Shown: piece by piece, positions 1 through 8,760 of the stretch
Position numbering within the stretch: the stretch's first letter is position 1
Layout of the letters: each line of letters starts with the position of its first letter
Assembly (NCBI GenBank): GCA_021463145.1
Contig: JAJTWZ010000003.1
Location: forward strand, 35,319-99,318
Direction: 5' to 3'
Origin: Blastocatellia bacterium
Lineage (GTDB): Bacteria; Acidobacteriota; Blastocatellia; UBA7656; JADIYM01
Length of the DNA: 64,000 nucleotides
Position numbers and translations under genes: made by a program
Notes under the pieces: model-generated
What the model was told of the DNA's origin: nothing
The model's database searches: none
The model's input: the letters and a program-made list of their open reading frames with translations, nothing else

Positions 1-272
1 AAATGGTCCTGGCTCTCGCCGACACTGCAGGCTGCCTGGTAACGGTCGAGGATCATTTCCTGGACGGAGGATTCGGAAGCGCCATCCTCGAGACGCTGGA
101 AGCCCACGGCAGGTCCGGCGTGAAGATCGCAAGGCTTGGCGTGCCGGTTGGCGTGCACCAGCATGGTCCCCCGGAAGTCCTGCGGGCTCGGTTCGGCATC
201 GACGCGGCTGGCATCGCTCAACGCGTGCGCGACCTGATCGCTGCCGACCGGCGACTCGGAGTGCATCGATAG
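1..272 (+). CDS. dxs: 1-deoxy-D-xylulose-5-phosphate synthase, C-terminal fragment (truncated by window edge)
   Basis: Transketolase C-terminal motifs LVTVEDH..GGFGSAI and HG....LRARFGIDA; dxs-tlyA adjacency is common. Confidence 0.85.
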   Translation, partial: MVLALADTAGCLVTVEDHFLDGGFGSAILETLEAHGRSGVKIARLGVPVGVHQHGPPEVLRARFGIDAAGIAQRVRDLIAADRRLGVHR

Positions 273-326
273 CGGGTTCAGGTCGGCTGGCTGCCAAGCG
301 CTGGTCCCAAGCCGGGAGGTTGCGAC

Positions 327-1100
327 GTGCCGAAAGTGCCGGCAACCAGGGAGAGGATCGACAGACTGCTCGTCGAGCGAGCTTTAGCCGACTCGCGCGA
401 GAAGGCGCAGGCGCTGGTGCTGGCCGGACTGGTACTCGCGGACGAGCAGCGGGTCGACAAGCCGGGTCAGACAGTGCGGCGTGATGCGACGATTCGTGTC
501 AAGGGCGCCATCCACCCTTACGTTGGACGGGGAGGCGTCAAGCTTGCGGCGGCGCTAGACGCATTCGGCATTGATCCCGGCGGCGGTACTTTCATCGATG
601 TCGGCGCGTCGACAGGCGGATTCACCGACTGCCTTCTGAAGCGCGGTGCGTCGCGAGTAGTGGCCGTCGACGTTGGCCACAATCAGCTCGACTACAGGAT
701 CAGGACCGATAAGCGAGTCGAGGTGCGCGAAGGAGTCAACGCGCGGCACCTCGTGCCCTCGAATTTCGAAGCGCCATTCGACGGGGCGGTCATCGACGTG
801 TCGTTCATCTCGCTCCGGCTGATACTGCCGGCTGTGATTCCGCTGGTGCGGCCAGGGGGATTCGTGGTCGCGCTCGTGAAGCCGCAGTTCGAAGTTGGGA
901 GGGCGGACGTCGGAAGAGGCGGCATCGTCCGCGACGACGCAAAGCGGATCGCTACGTTGCGTGACATCGAGGCCTTTGCCATTGAACTTGGCGCAAGCTC
1001 GATCGGTACGATCGAGTCGCCGATCGCCGGGGCGGACGGAAATCGGGAGTTCCTGCTGGCGCTGAAGGTTCCCGCCGCGCCGCAGCTACTGGCCGGATGA
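327..1100 (+). CDS. tlyA: TlyA family rRNA (cytidine-2'-O)-methyltransferase
   Basis: S4 domain (RIDRLLVER..ADSREKAQ), YVGRGGVKL, DVGASTGGFTDCLL, DVSFISL, LVKPQFE, GNREFL. Confidence 0.95.
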   Translation: MPKVPATRERIDRLLVERALADSREKAQALVLAGLVLADEQRVDKPGQTVRRDATIRVKGAIHPYVGRGGVKLAAALDAFGIDPGGGTFIDVGASTGGFTDCLLKRGASRVVAVDVGHNQLDYRIRTDKRVEVREGVNARHLVPSNFEAPFDGAVIDVSFISLRLILPAVIPLVRPGGFVVALVKPQFEVGRADVGRGGIVRDDAKRIATLRDIEAFAIELGASSIGTIESPIAGADGNREFLLALKVPAAPQLLAG

Positions 1101-1961
1101 GGCGCCCGGGTCGCGACGGGTCTCCGAGTACTTCACCATGGTCAGAGCGTTGCCGCACCCGCTGTATTCGACTTCGTCCATGATGCTCCGAATCAGGAGC
1201 AGGCCGCGCCCGCTCGGGCGCAACAGGTTCTCGGGAGCGCAAGGGTCGGGAACGTCTTTCTCGCTGAATCCGGGACCTTCGTCGGCAATTGTGAACCGGG
1301 CCAGCTCTGCTGAAATCTCAGCCTCGATCGTGACCAGTTTCTCGGCGTCGTAGCCGTTGCCGTGCTTGATTGCGTTAACGATGGCTTCGTCGAGTGCGAC
1401 GACGACATCGATCGACTCGGGCCGGATGATGCCGAACTGCACGAGCCGCTCGGTCAGGTGATTGAGCACCCCGTCGAGGAACTCGACCCTGCTCGGAATG
1501 ACGAATCGGACCGTCTCGGCAAGATAGGGAAGGATCTTGAGCGTGTCGCCGTGCGATTGCTGCAGCGCGAGCACCCTCTCGATCGCTTCGTCAATGGATT
1601 CTTCGGTGAAAGGACACTCGAGCGTGTCGACGCGGACCGGGCCGAGCGCGCCGCGCAGATCGGCCGGCTTTCCGTTAGTCGTGATGACGAGCGGAATCGG
1701 CTGACGCTGGGCGTGGATGCTGCGAAGCATTGCCCGATCGCGAGTGGATGCGTTCGGCAGGTCGGCTACTACCAAGTCGACGACTCCTGCGTCGATCCAG
1801 CGCACGGCCTCGTCGGTCGAATCTACGGGCGTGACAGTATGTCCACGCCTGGCGAACGCCGTAGAGAGGTTCTCGCGCAGTCCGGCGTCAGTCTCGACGA
1901 CGATCACTCGCATCCGCTCACTGGACCCCGCGGCCGGCTGCTCGGGCGGCTGTGCTCCCAT
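1086..1961 (-). CDS. Atypical receiver domain fused to RsbW-like anti-sigma factor kinase (HATPase_c_2)
   Basis: N-terminal REC-like fold (VIVVETD...DLVVADL...LECPF); C-terminal ALDEAIVNAIKHGN, IADEGPGF, SGRGLLLIRSIMDEV. Start placed at ATG 1961 (1913 is an alternative). Confidence 0.85.
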   Translation of the reverse strand: MGAQPPEQPAAGSSERMRVIVVETDAGLRENLSTAFARRGHTVTPVDSTDEAVRWIDAGVVDLVVADLPNASTRDRAMLRSIHAQRQPIPLVITTNGKPADLRGALGPVRVDTLECPFTEESIDEAIERVLALQQSHGDTLKILPYLAETVRFVIPSRVEFLDGVLNHLTERLVQFGIIRPESIDVVVALDEAIVNAIKHGNGYDAEKLVTIEAEISAELARFTIADEGPGFSEKDVPDPCAPENLLRPSGRGLLLIRSIMDEVEYSGCGNALTMVKYSETRRDPGASSGQ

Positions 1962-2026
1962 CTCCTGCAGCTTACACGACCGTTTTAATTCGAAACAAGC
2001 ACGGGGTGCTAGAATCGCATCGCTCA

Positions 2027-2956
2027 ATGGCACGAATCGAGGGCAAGGCGCATCCGTCAGGAAGCCGTCGCACGCGGGCGGCGACAGTTTCGGTCGTGGT
2101 CGCCGTCACCCTCGTGATGGTGAAAGTAGCTGCTGGAGTCTGGACCAACTCGCTCAGCGTCTTCGCCTCCGCGGTAGATTCCACGACCGACATCTTCGCC
2201 TCAGCGGTAAACCTGGTGGCGGTTCGTGCGGCCTCGATGCCGGCCGATCACGAACACGTTTACGGGCACGGAAAGGCCGAGGGACTCGCCGGGCTATTCC
2301 AGGCCCTCGTGATCGGGGCGTCCGGATCATACCTGGCCTACGAGTCGACGCACCGTCTCGTGACGCCGGAGCCGATCATGGCCGAGGCCACCGGAATCGT
2401 AGTGATGGCCCTGTCGATCGTTGCAAGCGTGTGCCTAGTTCGCTATCTGCGTCGCGTCGCGCGGGAGACGGGATCTATCGCGCTGGAGGCCGACAGTCTG
2501 CACTACGCTACGGATGTACTGTCGAACGCAGGAGTGCTCGTGCTCCTGGCGGTCGTCGCGGTTACAGGGATGCCGATACTGGATCCCATTGTCTCGCTCC
2601 TCATCTCGGCATATATCGTATGGTCGGCGATTCGCGTGCTGCGGACGTCGATCGATCACCTGATGGATCGTGCACTGCCGGATGAGGTACTCGAAACCGT
2701 GGCGCGAACGGCGATGTGCAGCGAGCACGTGCGCGGAGTTCATGACATCCGGTCGCGTGTGGCGGGAACGCAGTCATTTATCGAAATGCACCTCGAGATG
2801 GACGGCGGGATGACTCTTCGCGACAGCCACGATGCGGCCGTCGCAGTTCTTCGAGCCGTCGAGGCAGGCGTGCCGAACGCCAAGGTGTTCGTTCACGTGG
2901 ACCCGGTGGAGGGGGAAGATGCGCTGCAGGCCGGCCCGGGAATGCCGGACGGATGA
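2027..2956 (+). CDS. Cation diffusion facilitator (FieF-like) metal efflux transporter
   Basis: ASAVDSTTD, PADHEHVYGHGKAEGLA, ADSLHYATD, LDPIVS, VFVHVDP; start moved to ATG 2027 behind TGcTAGAAT. Confidence 0.92.
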   Translation: MARIEGKAHPSGSRRTRAATVSVVVAVTLVMVKVAAGVWTNSLSVFASAVDSTTDIFASAVNLVAVRAASMPADHEHVYGHGKAEGLAGLFQALVIGASGSYLAYESTHRLVTPEPIMAEATGIVVMALSIVASVCLVRYLRRVARETGSIALEADSLHYATDVLSNAGVLVLLAVVAVTGMPILDPIVSLLISAYIVWSAIRVLRTSIDHLMDRALPDEVLETVARTAMCSEHVRGVHDIRSRVAGTQSFIEMHLEMDGGMTLRDSHDAAVAVLRAVEAGVPNAKVFVHVDPVEGEDALQAGPGMPDG

Positions 2957-3042
2957 ATGGAATCGGAACCCTGGTTCAGATCCACTTCAGCCGTCCGATC
3001 CATCCCGACTGCGTCATATCCTGATCTTCGCGGTCCGGCTAC

Positions 3043-5109
3043 TCAGTACTCGATCAGCTTTAGCGCCTTGTCGTAGACGTCCTCGACCTGAGGCAATACC
3101 GCGCGCTCGAGGATTCGCGAAAAGGGAATCGGAGCGTAAGCGGCTCCGACGCGCCCGATAGGCGCATCCAGATATTCGAAGCACTCCTCGGATATCCGGG
3201 CCGCGATCTCGCCGCCAACGCCGCCGATCGTCGTGTCCTCGTGGACGATGAGGACGCGGTTGGTCTTCTGCACCGATTGAGCGACCGCCGCCATGTCGAA
3301 GGGCACTATCGAGCGAAGATCGATTACCTCGACCTCGACTCCGTGCTCCTCCTTCAGCTGATTGGCGGCGCGAAGCGACCAGTGAACGGTCGTGCCATAG
3401 GTAACGATCGTGAGGTCGGTGCCGGGGCGCCGGATCCTGGCCTTGCCGAACGGGATGCGGTAATCCGGGCCAGGGTCGGAAGCCTTCGCGAAGATCTGGT
3501 TGTAGAGGTACTTCGGCTCGAGAAAAATCGTGATGCCACGGCTGCGGAATGCCTGCCGCAGCAAGCCGGCTGCGTCGTCGGCGAACGCCGGCATCACGAC
3601 TCGCAGCCCCGGCAGCGTCTGGAAGAACGCTTCCAGAGTCTGCGAATGGTAGAGCCCGCCGCCTATGTACCCGCCGCAAGAGAGCCGGATCACCAGGTTT
3701 GGACAGAACTGTCCGTTCGAGCGGTAATAATCGTGCGACGTATCGACGATCTGCTCTGCCGCCGGCCAGTAATAGTCGGCGAACTGGGCGCCCTCGATGC
3801 AGACCCACAAGTCGTCGCGATACCGCGACATGCCGTTCGCCGTGCCGCTGATGAAGTCCTCGGCGATCGGTGCGTTGAACACCCGGCTGTCGCCGAACTC
3901 CTGCACCATTCCCTTCGTGACGTTGAACACGCCGCCCTTCTCGAACGACGCAACGTCCTGGCCCCAGATGTAGGTGTGCGGATTGCGCCGGAATTCGCCG
4001 ATCAGCGTGTGGTTGATCGCTTCGCGGAGGGTGACGATCTCTCCACCGGGCCGCTCGACCAATTCCGACTCCTCGACGTCGGCCTGCTCCGGTACGACGA
4101 ACATCGTTGCCGTCTCGGGATCAGGATCCGGAGCGGCCTCGCCGCGATTGGCAGCGTCGTCGACCAGCGCCGTGTTCTCCGCCTCGATCGCATCGAGCTC
4201 TCCGGCCGAAATGCCGTGTTCGAGCATGTAGTTACGGAGACGAGGGAACGGGTCCATCGTCTCGCACTCAGCGATTTCTTCGGGTGTGCGGTACAACTCG
4301 TGCCGATCCGAGTTCGAGTGCGCGTAAATCCGCCGGCAGAGCGCGTGAACGAGCACGGGGCCCGCGCCGGAATGAACGTAGGCGAGTGCCTCCTGCATTG
4401 CACGGTGCGAGTCGAACGGATTCGTGCCGTCACAGTTGACGATCAGCAGGTTTTTCAGCCCGCGATAGTTCTCCGAGACGATGGGATTTGCGGACTGGAC
4501 GCTGACGGGCACCGAGATGCCGTAGCCGTTGTTCTGGACGACGAAGATGACCGGAAGCTTCTCCCTTGTGGCGCCGTTGAGAGCCTCGTAGACGTAGCCT
4601 TCCGACGTCGACGACTCACCCTGGCTCGAAAAGGCAATGCGGTCCTCTCCGTAGGTCTTAGCTGCCCGAGCGATACCCACGGCGTGCAACGTGTGGTTTC
4701 CAGTCGCCGACGAGACGTTCCAGATTCCGATCGGCAGCTTCGCGAAGTGATTCGACATGTGGCGGCCGCCAGATGCTGGGTCGTCCGCCTTGGAGAGTCC
4801 GTTCAAAATGAGTTCGTATGGCGTGATTCCAGCCGCAAGGCAGGTGAGCATGTCGCGGTAGTAGGGAAAGAGCCAATCCCTGCCTTGCCGGAACGCCATG
4901 CCGAGCGCGACCTGAATGCCGTCGTGGCCGGCGTGTGACGCGTGATAGGACCAGCCTTTCGCCTGGCGGAGATACTTTCGGGCGCGGTCGTCGACGAGGC
5001 GAGCCTGGTGAATCAGGCGGTACCACGACTTCTGGGTTTCAATGTCTACTTTGACTCCGGCGTCGTTCAGTGGTTTGAACTGGATACTTGCTACCGTCTC
5101 TGTACTCAT
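3043..5109 (-). CDS. Fused alpha/beta E1 subunit of a 2-oxoacid (probably branched-chain) dehydrogenase
   Basis: PYYRD, GGRHMSNHF, TPP motif GESSTSEG...VVQNNGYGIS, beta-subunit GQDVA..GGVF, GGLYHSQ, IFLEPKYLY, EVIDLRSIVP. Confidence 0.93.
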   Translation of the reverse strand: MSTETVASIQFKPLNDAGVKVDIETQKSWYRLIHQARLVDDRARKYLRQAKGWSYHASHAGHDGIQVALGMAFRQGRDWLFPYYRDMLTCLAAGITPYELILNGLSKADDPASGGRHMSNHFAKLPIGIWNVSSATGNHTLHAVGIARAAKTYGEDRIAFSSQGESSTSEGYVYEALNGATREKLPVIFVVQNNGYGISVPVSVQSANPIVSENYRGLKNLLIVNCDGTNPFDSHRAMQEALAYVHSGAGPVLVHALCRRIYAHSNSDRHELYRTPEEIAECETMDPFPRLRNYMLEHGISAGELDAIEAENTALVDDAANRGEAAPDPDPETATMFVVPEQADVEESELVERPGGEIVTLREAINHTLIGEFRRNPHTYIWGQDVASFEKGGVFNVTKGMVQEFGDSRVFNAPIAEDFISGTANGMSRYRDDLWVCIEGAQFADYYWPAAEQIVDTSHDYYRSNGQFCPNLVIRLSCGGYIGGGLYHSQTLEAFFQTLPGLRVVMPAFADDAAGLLRQAFRSRGITIFLEPKYLYNQIFAKASDPGPDYRIPFGKARIRRPGTDLTIVTYGTTVHWSLRAANQLKEEHGVEVEVIDLRSIVPFDMAAVAQSVQKTNRVLIVHEDTTIGGVGGEIAARISEECFEYLDAPIGRVGAAYAPIPFSRILERAVLPQVEDVYDKALKLIEY

Positions 5110-5286
5110 TGATCACTTCTCTTTCGGAGTTATTGGCCGCAGTACAATATCAGGGCAAACGCCTCGATTCAAACTGGGTCATGTCGGCCCATGAAGCAAC
5201 TCTTGGGTCCTTTCTTTCGATCATGGGGCGCCGCTCGGGTCGTTCAATCGCCTGACGGTCATACATCGACGAAGGAGAGTCTCATC

Positions 5287-5892
5287 ATGTTGAAAGTTGT
5301 ACGGACGGTGTTGGGAACGGTTCTGGCTACCGTTGTCGCGATTACGGGCGCAAGCGCCGCTGGAAAGAAGGCGGTCACCGGCTCGGTGCCGGGTGAAGAA
5401 GACTTTCGCAGTGCGACCGGTTACACGGTTGTACTGATGGAGCATTGCAAGGCCGTCAATCGGCTCGCGCGGGGCAAAGGGGCGTTCAACGTGGAACTGG
5501 CGCGTGAACACGCCGCTGAGATCACCCGCAGCGCCGCGTCGGCGTCACGTCACGTAAAGGACTACCTTGCCTCGCTGGGCCAGGACCAGAAGGTGCTCGT
5601 GACGGCACAGTCGGGGGCCCAACAGGCGGGAGAAACCGCGGTTGTGCAGCTGGCGGGAAAACTGGACAGCGTTCTTCAGCAGGCTTCGCCCGATCGCGCA
5701 GCGGTTTCGAACACGGTTACGGAGCTCTATCTGGCCGCCAAGGACCTGCTTGTCTCTCACAAGGCGGCCGGTAAGACGCTTGGGATCGCGGCTGCTACTC
5801 CGCCGCGAAAGGCGGCTCCCCGGAAGCCCAGGGCGCCAAAGGCGCCGAAGGCAGCCAACGCGCCCGAAACGACTGCTGCAGTCTCGAAATAG
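5287..5892 (+). CDS. Secreted hypothetical protein, predicted helical bundle with K/P/A-rich tail
   Basis: AAGGAGAG RBS before ATG 5287; signal peptide ending GASA; tail PPRKAAPRKPRAPKAPKAA. Confidence 0.7.
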   Translation: MLKVVRTVLGTVLATVVAITGASAAGKKAVTGSVPGEEDFRSATGYTVVLMEHCKAVNRLARGKGAFNVELAREHAAEITRSAASASRHVKDYLASLGQDQKVLVTAQSGAQQAGETAVVQLAGKLDSVLQQASPDRAAVSNTVTELYLAAKDLLVSHKAAGKTLGIAAATPPRKAAPRKPRAPKAPKAANAPETTAAVSK

Positions 5893-5917
5893 CGGGAAGA
5901 CAGGGTCGCAGAGAAGA

Positions 5918-5947
5918 GATCCCGGACGAAGTTCTTCGTCCGGGATC
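5918..5947. terminator. Intrinsic terminator-like hairpin between convergent genes
   Basis: 14-bp perfect inverted repeat GATCCCGGACGAAG-tt-CTTCGTCCGGGATC; pyrimidine run follows on the minus strand. Confidence 0.75.
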
Positions 5948-5998
5948 CGGCGTCAGTACACCTTGTGCACAAGTAACGGGTAAGAGGCCTGAAGCGGT

Positions 5999-6868
5999 CT
6001 ATGGGAGGGCGTCGCCGCGCATTCGTCCGGTCAGATTCTCTTCGCGCTCGTCGAACGCCCGCCGGGCAGCTTCGGGCGCATTCGGCTTGATGCTGACGGG
6101 GCGCGCGGGAATGCCGGTCGCTATGTTGAAGTCCGGAATCGCCTTCGTCACGACTCCAAAGCTGCCCACCATCGCGTCGTCACCAACGCTGGTCCCCGAT
6201 AGGACGGTCGCGTGATATGTGATTCTGGCGCGATGGCCGATCGTCGTGCTGTCGGTGCGGACACTGTCGATTTCGACAATGTCGTGCGAGTGCGAATATA
6301 TGTTCGCGTAGTCCGAGATCGACACGTCATCCCCGATCGTTACCTTCCCGCGGTCGTCGATCAGCACGTTCTTGTGGACGACCACATTGTCCCCGAACGT
6401 CAGGTTGTAACCGAATGACCACTCCACGAAATGCCAGGATTTGAAGTTGGCGCCGACCTTCTCGAAGATGTACGGCGCCAGAACGCGGCGGAAGCGATGC
6501 CCGAGTCCCGCGTGCAATCCGGCCGGAGACCGGTCGAACATCTGCCACAGCCACGTCAGCGGTTTTCGCGGGTAGTAGCGCACCGGATCGCAGTTGGCGT
6601 AGTACTCGGGCTCGAGGGTCGTATTCCGGGGATCGAGGCACGCGAGCATCGATTGCGCGGCAAGCGAGAGGCTTGCGTCGTTGATCCGCTCGAAGTCGCC
6701 CGGCGTACCGAAGTAAAGATCGTGAAGCGTCGCCCGCACGAGCTCGTTCCGGTCGACAGCGTCGCTATTGAGCCGCTCTTCCAGTTCGAGCAGGAATCTA
6801 TCGAAGACCACCTCGGCTTCCGGAAGCGGCCTGAGCTGGCGAAACGGCATCGGAACGTACTTCGGCAT
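5999..6868 (-). CDS. Hexapeptide-repeat (LbH) acyltransferase
   Basis: LTFGDNVVVHKNVLIDDRGKVTIGDDVSISDYANIYSHSH, VLSGTSVGDDAMVG, GIPARPV; start at ATG 6868. Confidence 0.88.
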   Translation of the reverse strand: MPKYVPMPFRQLRPLPEAEVVFDRFLLELEERLNSDAVDRNELVRATLHDLYFGTPGDFERINDASLSLAAQSMLACLDPRNTTLEPEYYANCDPVRYYPRKPLTWLWQMFDRSPAGLHAGLGHRFRRVLAPYIFEKVGANFKSWHFVEWSFGYNLTFGDNVVVHKNVLIDDRGKVTIGDDVSISDYANIYSHSHDIVEIDSVRTDSTTIGHRARITYHATVLSGTSVGDDAMVGSFGVVTKAIPDFNIATGIPARPVSIKPNAPEAARRAFDEREENLTGRMRGDALP

Positions 6869-6957
6869 CGGCTGATCGCTCCCGCAAAGTGAAATTCGAC
6901 CTGAGGTAATAGCCCCGTTGTCAGCGGGCGTCAACCCGCGGCGCCGGAACGGTTCGA

Positions 6958-8760
6958 ATGGCTGTGCTACGATCCGCCTCGATGCGAGCGCCGAGGATTC
7001 GGTTGGTTCTTGCCGGCGTCGCGGCGTCGCTCGCCGTCATTGCATTGGCCTGGTGGATGACGAGGCCGCGACCGAGCGTCGACATGGCCGGATTCGCTCC
7101 CGAGTCGGCTGCTTTGTACGTCGAGCTCAACAGCCTGCCCGACCTCGCGGAGGGACTCACCGAATCGGACGCGTGGGCCAGGCTCGCCGCACCGCTCGGC
7201 CTATCGAGTCAACTCGACTACGCCGGACCGGTGGCTGAGATGCTCGGCCGGTTCGAGCTGGGGTCAGACGACGCTGCCGTGCTCGGCCGTTCCCAGTTTG
7301 CCATCGTCGTGACGAGCATTTCAGCCGGCGCCGATGAAGAAGGCGACGCGGGCGCACTGGTGGTACGGCCTCGATTCGCGCTCGTGGTGAAAACGCACTC
7401 CGGTGCGTCGGCCGCAGAACGCATAGCGGCGGATCGCCTCCCTCAACTGGCTCGAAAGGCCTACGGCCCGGACGTTCCGATCGCGGAAGTGCCGGGACCG
7501 GGCGACCGGATGACATTCGCGCAGGGACCGGCGGCTGCGCGCCGAATGGTCTGGGCCACGAAGGAAGATGTCGTGATCCTGGGTAACGACGTCGACTCTG
7601 TCAGGGCCGTTCTGGACGCGAGCGCAACTCGCATCCCTTCGCTTGCGGGCTCGTTTCATCTCGAGAAGGCTCGGAAGCTGGTCGAGGCGTCGAACTCGCT
7701 CGTGTTCGCGTATGCATCCGCCGCGACCGGCGGAGATCTCGTGGCTTCGTCGCTTGGCGGCGTGACGCCGGAGGAGGCGCCGGCGGCTGGCTCGAGTGCC
7801 ACCTCCGATGCGCCTCCGCCACCTCTTGGAGGGCTCTTGTCAGGTATCGCGAAGGGCGCGGCTGTGGGCGTGGGTTACTCGGGGCGATTCGAGAACGGCC
7901 GCTTCGTCGAACGGACGGCGACGCTGCTGTCGCCGCGCATGGCCGAGGCGATGACGGCCACGGTCGTGCCGGCGGAGGGCGAGCCGACGTCGCTCCCATT
8001 GATTCCGGCAGGCATCGAGGAAGTCAACGTAGTCCGTGTCGCGCGACCGGGCGAAACCGTCGAGTCACTCCTCAATTCGCTGTCCGGCAGTGTGGACGTA
8101 GCGGTCAGCGCAACGCTGACGCAGATGGCCATCGGATCGCGCAGGGAATTTGGCGCGCAAGCGACGGACCTGGTGTCGCCGATGATTGGCAACGAAGTGG
8201 CATTTCTCGATTTCGGCAACGGCGACCCGTTTGCGGTTGCATTCGAAGTCGTCGACAGGGAAGGAGCACTGCCGGTGGTGGCGCGCTATCTGTCCGACGG
8301 AGGAAACCGCTCGACGAGCGAATTGTACGGAGGATTCGAGATCCTCAAGTCGACCAATGACGACGGCCGCTGCTTCGCATTCCTTGGGCGGTACGGAGTT
8401 TACGGAACGCGCGATCAACTCGTGAAAATGATCGACGCGCGCGCGGCGGGCGCACGCGAGAATTCCGATCTCGCAAGAGTATTGGCAGGTCCGCCGCCCG
8501 CAATCGTCGGAACCGAAAGGCGCGACGATCGCGACGCTCCCGAACTGCTTCTTGCCATTTCCGTTGCATTTCGCACGTCGGATGGCGCCGTCGACACGCT
8601 CGAGCGAGATGACGTGAAGACCGCAAGGAATGCACTTTCGCCCGCGACGAGCCGATGGGAACTTCGCGACCAGGCGCTAGTCGTCGAGTCGCGTTCCGCC
8701 GTTGGAAATCTCTCGTTCCTTACTTCCTTTCTTGCGGAGCCCTCCGAAAAGAAGTCCTAG
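6958..8760 (+). CDS. Membrane-anchored hypothetical protein (DUF3352-like)
   Basis: N-terminal TM helix, then AGFAPESAALYVE pattern and a duplicated beta-rich architecture; coding-like codon usage. Confidence 0.65.
   Translation: MAVLRSASMRAPRIRLVLAGVAASLAVIALAWWMTRPRPSVDMAGFAPESAALYVELNSLPDLAEGLTESDAWARLAAPLGLSSQLDYAGPVAEMLGRFELGSDDAAVLGRSQFAIVVTSISAGADEEGDAGALVVRPRFALVVKTHSGASAAERIAADRLPQLARKAYGPDVPIAEVPGPGDRMTFAQGPAAARRMVWATKEDVVILGNDVDSVRAVLDASATRIPSLAGSFHLEKARKLVEASNSLVFAYASAATGGDLVASSLGGVTPEEAPAAGSSATSDAPPPPLGGLLSGIAKGAAVGVGYSGRFENGRFVERTATLLSPRMAEAMTATVVPAEGEPTSLPLIPAGIEEVNVVRVARPGETVESLLNSLSGSVDVAVSATLTQMAIGSRREFGAQATDLVSPMIGNEVAFLDFGNGDPFAVAFEVVDREGALPVVARYLSDGGNRSTSELYGGFEILKSTNDDGRCFAFLGRYGVYGTRDQLVKMIDARAAGARENSDLARVLAGPPPAIVGTERRDDRDAPELLLAISVAFRTSDGAVDTLERDDVKTARNALSPATSRWELRDQALVVESRSAVGNLSFLTSFLAEPSEKKS

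Noticed and set aside
3241..4938. 565-aa plus-strand ORF
   Set aside because: Antisense shadow of the E1 gene; no motifs; expected in high-GC coding DNA.
5483..5498. parS-like CGTTCAACGTGGAACT (13/16)
   Set aside because: Inside a CDS with three mismatches; chance cannot be excluded.
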